Assembly (NCBI RefSeq): GCF_000734015.1 | Contig: NZ_CP008796.1 | Span: 930,001 to 962,000 of the forward strand | Direction: 5' to 3' | Length of the DNA stretch: 32,000 nucleotides | Source of the DNA: Thermodesulfobacterium commune DSM 2178 | GTDB lineage: Bacteria > Desulfobacterota > Thermodesulfobacteria > Thermodesulfobacteriales > Thermodesulfobacteriaceae | Shown: positions 8,806-14,243 of the stretch, in pieces | Layout of the letters: each line of letters starts with the position of its first letter | How positions within the stretch are numbered: position 1 is the stretch's first letter | The notes under the pieces: model-generated | What the model saw: the letters and a program-made list of their open reading frames with translations, nothing else | Databases searched by the model: none | Told to the model about the DNA's origin: nothing | Made by a program: the position numbers and the translations under genes

Positions 8806-9644
8806 TTTATAAATCCCTTTATCGATTTAATAAGATTTAAGAATTTTTCTTTATACTCAGGCATACCAACTACCAAAGGAATGCCCTTTGAATAAAACTC
8901 AGCTATTTCTCTTTTAAAAGGGATTTTCATCAAAATGGGAAGGCCGACATTTTCACAAAAGTTTTCCACAATTTTATCTTCCTGAGATTTATTGATGATT
9001 ACCCCGCAGGGTATGTTTAAAACTTTGGTCATTTCATAAGCAAGCTCTAAGTCATGAAGTCCAAAAGGGGTTGGCTCTGTAACCAGAATGCAGAAATCAG
9101 CACCTTTTATTGAGGCCACCGTAGGGCATGAAGTACCAGGTGGGGCATCGATGATTGCAATCTTATCAGGATCGATAAACTTTTTAGTTTCTTCGATTAC
9201 CTTAGGGGCAAGCACCTCCGAAATGTTTAGCTTCCCCTCTATAAACTCTATGCCTTCTTTAACACCTTTGGTTATTTCTCCTATAGGCCTGAATCCAGAA
9301 TAAATAGCCTTTTCAGGACAGAGTAAAATACAACCTCCACATCCATGACATAGATGAGGAAAAAAGAAAACCTCCCCACCTTGTTCAAACTTTAACACAG
9401 ACAAAGCATTATAAACGCATATTTTGCTACAATAACCACAATAAGTACATTTTTCTTTATCTATCTCAGGAATCAGGGTATTTACTTGATAGGTTTCTTT
9501 GATCTCTGGGGTTAAAAAAAGTCGAACATTTGGTTCTTCTACATCACAATCGATTATCTGAGCGTTACCTATGGTTAAGGCTAAAGAAACCGCTACCGTA
9601 GTTTTACCTGTTCCTCCTTTTCCGCTGGCAACTGAGATTATCAT
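8802..9644 (-). CDS. MinD/ParA-type P-loop ATPase with inserted 2x[4Fe-4S] ferredoxin domain (paralog)
   Basis: Walker A ASGKGGTGKTT plus CTYCGYCSKIC and CHGCGGCILLCP. Same architecture as 7945-8805. Confidence 0.8.
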   Translation of the reverse strand: MIISVASGKGGTGKTTVAVSLALTIGNAQIIDCDVEEPNVRLFLTPEIKETYQVNTLIPEIDKEKCTYCGYCSKICVYNALSVLKFEQGGEVFFFPHLCHGCGGCILLCPEKAIYSGFRPIGEITKGVKEGIEFIEGKLNISEVLAPKVIEETKKFIDPDKIAIIDAPPGTSCPTVASIKGADFCILVTEPTPFGLHDLELAYEMTKVLNIPCGVIINKSQEDKIVENFCENVGLPILMKIPFKREIAEFYSKGIPLVVGMPEYKEKFLNLIKSIKGFIK

Positions 9645-9668
9645 TCGTTTATCTTGTATAACCTTTTC

Positions 9669-10382
9669 TTATTTGCTCTCAAAAGTAATTTTAGTCCCTA
9701 CCCCTACCTTTAAAAACCTTTCTTTAAAATGTTGTTTAAAAAGCTTTAGAGCAAGGTCTCCGGTGCAATGAGATGGTGCGAGCAATCGGACATCTTTACT
9801 TTCTAAACAAGCTATCACGTTCCTAATTTCTTCCGCGTTTTTATCAAGCAGATGAAGACCTCCTAAAATCGCTAAAACCTTAGGGTTGATCTCAGAGATA
9901 ACTTTTTCGATAATTTTTTCGATCCCAGGATGAGCACACCCTGTAAGGACTATCACCCCATCTTTGGCTTCTAAAACCAAGGAAGTTTCTTTGACCTTTC
10001 CTTCAAGCTCACCGGTAAGATAAACTCCTTGGGTAATCCTTAAAACCTCTGAAGAAACTTTAAACAACCTTGCGTAAGGCAATAACTTTTTAACCTCTTC
10101 ATAAAAAGAGACTCCGGCATAAATCTCAGCCTCAGGCATTAAACTCTGTATCTCTTTTAAACCACCTGTATGGTCTTTGTGGGCATGAGATAGAATGATT
10201 TTTGAAACTAAAGAAGGAGTTATCCCTGCTCTTTTTAAATTTTTTATCAACTTTTGTCCGTCGGCCCCGGTATCAAAAAGTAAAAATTCATCGTTTCTCT
10301 TAACAACGCAGCTATATCCCCAACCTGTTTCAAAACCTGGTTCACCCTTATAGTTATCAAAAACTATGGTAACTTCTATCAA
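9669..10382 (-). CDS. MBL-fold metallo-hydrolase (COG1237-like)
   Basis: 237 aa with SHAHKDHTGG (HxHxDH-type metal site) and later GCAHPG and SHCTG motifs. Its start overlaps the mrp stop. Confidence 0.7.
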   Translation of the reverse strand: MIEVTIVFDNYKGEPGFETGWGYSCVVKRNDEFLLFDTGADGQKLIKNLKRAGITPSLVSKIILSHAHKDHTGGLKEIQSLMPEAEIYAGVSFYEEVKKLLPYARLFKVSSEVLRITQGVYLTGELEGKVKETSLVLEAKDGVIVLTGCAHPGIEKIIEKVISEINPKVLAILGGLHLLDKNAEEIRNVIACLESKDVRLLAPSHCTGDLALKLFKQHFKERFLKVGVGTKITFESK

Positions 10383-11260
10383 GGGTTAAGGGCCTCCACG
10401 ATTTTATCTACCACTTTTGCAAAAGCTTTAGCAGGTTCACTGTCAGGATAGTATAATAAAACTGGTTTTCCTTCGTCTCCTCCCTGAACTATCCTTGGGT
10501 CAAGAGGAATTTTGCCTAAAAAAGGAATGTTATACTCTTTAGCGATTTTTTCCGCTCCACCTGTCTTAAATATTTCGATTATATCTCCACAACGGGGACA
10601 AACAAACCCACTCATGTTTTCTACAACTCCAAGGATAGGGATCGAAGCCTCTAAACAAAACCTTATAGACCTTCTCACATCAGCCAAAGCTACCTCTTGA
10701 GGGGTAGCTACTATGACAGCTCCGTCAACTTTATCTAAAAGTTGATGGATAGAAATCACTTCATCTCCTGTACCTGGAGGAGAATCAACCACTAAATAAT
10801 CAAGAGGTCCCCAACGAACCTCTGTTAAAAACTGCTCTATCACCCGATGTTTCAGGGGACCTCGCCAAATTACCGGAGTATCTTTTTCCTGCAAGAAAAA
10901 CCCTATAGAGATTACTTCTAAATTTTCAAAAGGCTTCAAAGGGAAAAGCCCGGCATCGGTAACCAAAGGAGGAATACCTTGTAAGCCTAACATATTAGGA
11001 ATATTAGGCCCGTGAATATCTATATCCAAGAGTCCAGTAAAATATCCTTTTTGAGATAACCCCACCGCAAGATTGGTAGACACCGTACTTTTACCAACCC
11101 CTCCTTTTCCAGATAACACCAAAATTTTTCTTTTTATTTTAGAAACTGTATTTTTAAGCCCATCCTGACCCTCTTCATTTAATCCTTTTTTTGCATCACA
11201 TTGTTTTGCATCACATTGAGGACTACATTGATTCTCACAGCTACAACCTTTTTCTTCCAT
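10379..11260 (-). CDS. Mrp/NBP35/ApbC-family Fe-S cluster carrier ATPase with Cys-rich N-terminal tail
   Basis: LSGKGGVGKST Walker A and the C-terminal CPRCG (CxxC) motif. N-terminal tail reads CSCENQCSPQCDAKQCDAKK. AGGAGG RBS sits 8 nt upstream. Confidence 0.88.
   Translation of the reverse strand: MEEKGCSCENQCSPQCDAKQCDAKKGLNEEGQDGLKNTVSKIKRKILVLSGKGGVGKSTVSTNLAVGLSQKGYFTGLLDIDIHGPNIPNMLGLQGIPPLVTDAGLFPLKPFENLEVISIGFFLQEKDTPVIWRGPLKHRVIEQFLTEVRWGPLDYLVVDSPPGTGDEVISIHQLLDKVDGAVIVATPQEVALADVRRSIRFCLEASIPILGVVENMSGFVCPRCGDIIEIFKTGGAEKIAKEYNIPFLGKIPLDPRIVQGGDEGKPVLLYYPDSEPAKAFAKVVDKIVEALNP
11189..11218 (-). repeat. perfect 15-bp tandem duplication (ttttgcatcacattg x2), in frame, inside the Cys-rich tail of the Mrp-like gene
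   Basis: Copies at 11189-11203 and 11204-11218 are identical. Together they encode QCDAK-QCDAK. Confidence 0.9.
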
Positions 11261-11272
11261 ACTTCAGGCCTC

Positions 11273-11590
11273 CTAACTCAGATTTTTAACCTGATTGATT
11301 CCATCTATCACCTTACCCGAAACTTCTAAAATTTTTATTTTCGCCGAACCAATTATCCTTTCTGCTTTCGGACCTAATTTACCACCAGTAACTAAAACTT
11401 GAACCCCTTTAGAAGCCACAAACTGGGCAGCTTGAACCCCAGCCCCTTGAGTAGCCTCTCTCCAGGTATTTTCTATTACCTCGTACTCTCCTGTTTCTGT
11501 ATCGTAAAAAACAAAATATCTGCAACGTCCGAACCTTGAGTCTATCTCTGCCTCTAAATCCTTTCCTTGAGAGACTATACAAATTTTCAT
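11273..11590 (-). CDS. NifB/NifX-family (dinitrogenase FeMo-cofactor-binding domain) small protein
   Basis: 105 aa. MKICIVSQGKDL...SRFGRCRYFVFYD...GVQVLVTGGKLGPKA matches the NifX/NifB C-terminal-type fold pattern. Confidence 0.7.
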   Translation of the reverse strand: MKICIVSQGKDLEAEIDSRFGRCRYFVFYDTETGEYEVIENTWREATQGAGVQAAQFVASKGVQVLVTGGKLGPKAERIIGSAKIKILEVSGKVIDGINQVKNLS

Positions 11591-11627
11591 GGCATTAACT
11601 CCTGCTTATTTTTTAAAAAATTTTAAA

Positions 11628-11948
11628 TTACTTACCCTGTTCGATTTCACTTAAACGTTTTTCTATAGCTTCAAGATTCTTTCTTAAAATCTCTGCCTCC
11701 TGCCTTAGTATTTCTGCTTCATTTACCGAAGAGAACCTTGCTCCAAAAGCCCTTCTCCAGAACCATCTCCACCCTCTTCCAAGACCTGCAAACCATCTCC
11801 AACAACCCCAACCACCTCTTCTACCTCTACCCCATCCTAATCCTCCAGGAATCATAAACCCAGGAGTATTAGCCCCAGAACAATATCCTAAACCTCTTCC
11901 TGTTCTTGGTCCTAACCCAAGTGGACCTGTTCTATCTCCCCAAGGCAT
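11628..11948 (-). CDS. DUF5320-family protein (N-terminal GDRTGP...GRGxGYC motif, Trp/Arg/Gly-rich centre, C-terminal coiled coil)
   Basis: MPWGDRTGPLGLGPRTGRGLGYCSG matches my recollection of the DUF5320 signature. I place the start at the ATG at 11948-11946, with GGAGG 8 nt upstream. The GTG start in the ORF track lies inside the RBS. Confidence 0.7.
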   Translation of the reverse strand: MPWGDRTGPLGLGPRTGRGLGYCSGANTPGFMIPGGLGWGRGRRGGWGCWRWFAGLGRGWRWFWRRAFGARFSSVNEAEILRQEAEILRKNLEAIEKRLSEIEQGK

Positions 11949-11973
11949 ACCCAACACCTCCTTTTAGTTTTTT

Positions 11974-12024
11974 AATGAAAATGATTTTCATTATTAAATT
12001 TAACCATACTCTTTAAAAAGTCAA
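11974..12024 (-). promoter_or_regulatory. putative promoter (-35 TTGACT 12024-12019, 16 nt, -10 TAAATT 12002-11997) with a perfect 19-bp palindrome containing a Fur-type 7-1-7 box just downstream
   Basis: AATGAAAAT-C-ATTTTCATT lies at 11974-11992. Its core TGAAAAT-C-ATTTTCA matches TGATAAT-n-ATTATCA at 12 of 14 positions. It sits in the 94-bp gap upstream of the DUF5320 gene. Confidence 0.45.
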
Positions 12025-12042
12025 GACCCTAAAAGATATTTT

Positions 12043-12402
12043 TTAATGTTGACACTCATGTTCTCCATGATCACAAAGGCTTTCTCCTCCCTCTAAACTT
12101 CCACTGATAAAAGCTTTCATCACTTCTTCAACTTTTCCTGTTACGCCAAGGATGACCTTTATCCCAAAAGACTCAAGCATATTTACTGCATTTGGCCCCA
12201 TCCCCCCAGCTATAACACAGTCTACCCCTTGATTTCTCAAGAAAGTAGGCACTAACCCTGGTTGATGAGTCCTATAACCTGGGTTTTCTAAAACAGACTG
12301 ATTAACAATCTGTCCATCCTTAACCTCTAAAATCGTAAACTTTGGACATCTTCCAAAATGTTGAGCCACATATCCATCCTCTGTAGCCACCGCTATTCTC
12401 AT
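12043..12402 (-). CDS. NifB/NifX-family small protein with Cys/His-rich C-terminal tail
   Basis: MRIAVATEDGYVAQHFGRCPKFTILEV...VDCVIAGGMGPNA, with tail CDHGEHECQH. I place the start at the ATG at 12402-12400, with GAGGGGGG 8 nt upstream. The 44 upstream codons in the ORF track look like AT-rich read-through. Confidence 0.7.
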   Translation of the reverse strand: MRIAVATEDGYVAQHFGRCPKFTILEVKDGQIVNQSVLENPGYRTHQPGLVPTFLRNQGVDCVIAGGMGPNAVNMLESFGIKVILGVTGKVEEVMKAFISGSLEGGESLCDHGEHECQH

Positions 12403-12436
12403 TTTATAACCCCCCTCTTTTAAATTTTTTTGATAT

Positions 12437-12469
12437 TGAGAATTATAATCATATTTAAAATAAAAACAA
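12437..12469 (-). promoter_or_regulatory. putative promoter (-35 TTGTTT 12469-12464, 16 nt, -10 TATAAT 12447-12442) overlapped by a second Fur-type 7-1-7 box
   Basis: Minus strand reads TGATTAT-A-ATTCTCA at 12451-12437, a 12 of 14 match to TGATAAT-n-ATTATCA. It covers the perfect TATAAT. Confidence 0.4.
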
Positions 12470-12608
12470 GTTCTTAAAAAAGTTAAAAAACTACCATATA
12501 GCCTCAAAATCAAACGACTAAGCCTGAACAACAAATTATTTTTCTTAAACCTTATCAGAAGGTATATACAAGATTAAAAAATTCAAAAAAATCTTAATTA
12601 TTTAGGTG

Positions 12609-12636
12609 TTGTAAAATTTAACGAATAAGTTATATT
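12609..12636 (+). promoter_or_regulatory. possible tRNA-Pro promoter (-35 TTGTAA, 16 nt, -10 TATATT)
   Basis: TTGTAA at 12609-12614 and TATATT at 12631-12636, about 20 nt upstream of the tRNA 5' end. Such hexamers are common in AT-rich DNA. Confidence 0.3.
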
Positions 12637-12656
12637 GTAATCAAAATAAAAACTAT

Positions 12657-12730
12657 CGGGGCGTAGCGCAGCTTGGGAGCGCACCTGCCTTGGGAGCAGG
12701 GGGTCGGAGGTTCAAATCCTCTCGCCCCGA
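12657..12730 (+). tRNA. tRNA-Pro (anticodon UGG)
   Basis: Manual cloverleaf. The acceptor CGGGGCG/CGCCCCG, D stem GCGC/GCGC and anticodon stem CCTGC/GCAGG all pair. The anticodon loop is CUUGGGA, so the anticodon is UGG. The T arm is GGAGG-TTCAAAT-CCTCT and the discriminator is A. No CCA is encoded, and a T6 run follows. Confidence 0.93.
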
Positions 12731-12780
12731 TTTTTTCTGGTCTTCCAGGGACTGTGGTTCAGTTGTGACAACGTGTTGAC

Positions 12781-13821
12781 GACATTAGACTCAAGAATTT
12801 CTATGGCTTTTCTTAATTGAGGAAAGGCTACTTTCGTGTATATCTGTGTGGTCTTGATGTCCTGTATCCTAAAAGAGCCTGAATTGTTCTCAGGTCTACT
12901 CCCTGTTCAAGCAGGTGAGTTGCAAAGGAATGTCTGAGCTGGTGAGGGTGGATGTGTTGGGTTATGCCAGCTTTCTTTACTATCCTTTTGATTGCCTTCC
13001 GTAAGTCTCGGATGGTCTTTTCTGGATTTTTTGGTGAAGGGAAGACAATCTGGGTGTTTGTTTTTATGGTGTCTCTCAGATTTTGCAATGCTGAATAAAC
13101 AACTTGGCTCATGGGAACAAACCTTTCCTTATTTCCTTTTCCACTTATTTCCTTTTCCACGGACATGGATAAAACTATGTTCCCAGAAAATATCATTCCA
13201 TCTGAGTGCGACTACTTCATTTTTCCTCAGCCCCATATGGTACATAACGAGAAATAGAGCATAGTAAAAGGGTTCTGACTTCGCAGTTTCAATGAATTTC
13301 ACGGTAGTCTGTAGGTCTAAAGGTTAGGGAAGTCGGTATTTATGTTTTAATCTTTTGATTTTCAGTGGTTGGTTGGCATAACCCATCTCCATAGCCCACC
13401 TTACAAATGCAGAAAGGGTGTTTAGCTCCACATTCACCGCTCTGGTTCCTTTCACGCCTTTTTTTCTAACTCTCTCAATCTTTTTAGTTTATAAGCCTCT
13501 ATCAAAGAAGGAGAAATCTTTTAGAAAGTAAGGTGGCCGAAAAAAGGAATTATATGTTTCAGAATGATTCTCTTTTTTTCAGAGAACGTTTTTTGAGATT
13601 GGTGAACCCGACATATTGAAGGTATTCATAGGCTATATTTGAAATATTAGGCTTGTTTGGAACTTTTCATATATAGACAGAAAGTTCTTTTTTAGCTCTT
13701 GTTCAAAGACTTTGGCCTCCTCATAAGTCCCGTGGAAGATTTGCCTAAAACGGTGCTTCCGACCTAGAGAAATATCAACGATCCAACAATCTTTTTTGTT
13801 CTTGTAAGGTCTTATAGCCAT
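12781..13821 (-). pseudogene. tyrosine recombinase / phage-type integrase, heavily degraded
   Basis: - **N-terminus:** MAIRPYKNKKDCWIVDISLGRKHRFRQIFHGTYEEAKVFE is an intact arm-type N-terminus.
- **Other frames:** later segments are readable only in shifting frames: YEYLQYVGFTNLKK, KRIILKHIIPFFGHLTF*KISPSLIEAYKLKRL, GTRAVNVELNTLSAFVRWAMEMGY...LP*PLDLQTTVKFIETAKSEPFYYALFLVMYHMGLRKNEVVALRWNDI..IHVRGKGNK, ERFVPMS...HPHQLRHSFATHLLEQGVDLRTIQALLG.
- **Catalytic Tyr:** the block DIKTTQIYTKV is out of frame.
- **Lesions I located:** frame changes near 13630, in the A7 runs at 13573-13579 and 13459-13465, and near 12865; TAA codons at 13521-13523 and 13324-13326; and the 16-bp duplication at 13129-13160. 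Confidence 0.85.
13129..13160 (-). repeat. perfect 16-bp tandem duplication (gtggaaaaggaaataa x2 on the minus strand) that frameshifts the integrase
   Basis: Copies at 13160-13145 and 13144-13129 are identical. Deleting one copy joins ...FIHVRGKGNK to ERFVPMSQVVYSAL in a single frame and restores the conserved GKGNKERxVP box. Confidence 0.9.
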
Positions 13822-14243
13822 TAGCTATTTATGTTTTTCTTTCTATTCTCTCTAAAATTTCCATCACTTTTCGCCTCGCCATCGTTTTAATAACATGTTT
13901 TTTTTTTTTCTTCAAAATCCAGTAAAAGATCAAAAGCCTAAAGTTTTTGGGCAATTAAGTCAAGTCTTTCTAGAATCATTCTGAGAATTTCAGTGTTTTC
14001 CTTCATCTTACACCTCTTCTCCAGACAAAGACACTACATGGCGGTAAAACCGCCAGACTAGAAAAATTATAGCCGTGGTCACTCACAGGGCAGACATCCA
14101 TAGTTGCAAAATCAGTGAAAAAATCATCCCACCGAGAACCAAGATAAACTTTTCATGCTTCTTCCAAAATTCTATCCATACTTTTTGCACTGCTTCATCT
14201 TGAAAAAATTTAGGTAAAAATTGCGAATTTTTTCCATTTTAAT

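Noticed and set aside
12403-12534. N-terminal extensions given by the ORF track for the NifX-like gene (to 12534), fabZ (to 29686), mraZ (to 7798) and the DUF5320 gene (to 11957).
   Set aside because: In each case an internal ATG is preceded by a GGAGG-type RBS at 6-8 nt and matches the conserved family N-terminus. The extensions run through promoter or operator sequence.
14041-14055. The GGCGG-taaaa-CCGCC hairpin as a transcription terminator.
   Set aside because: The stem is only 5 bp and there is no U-tract on either strand.
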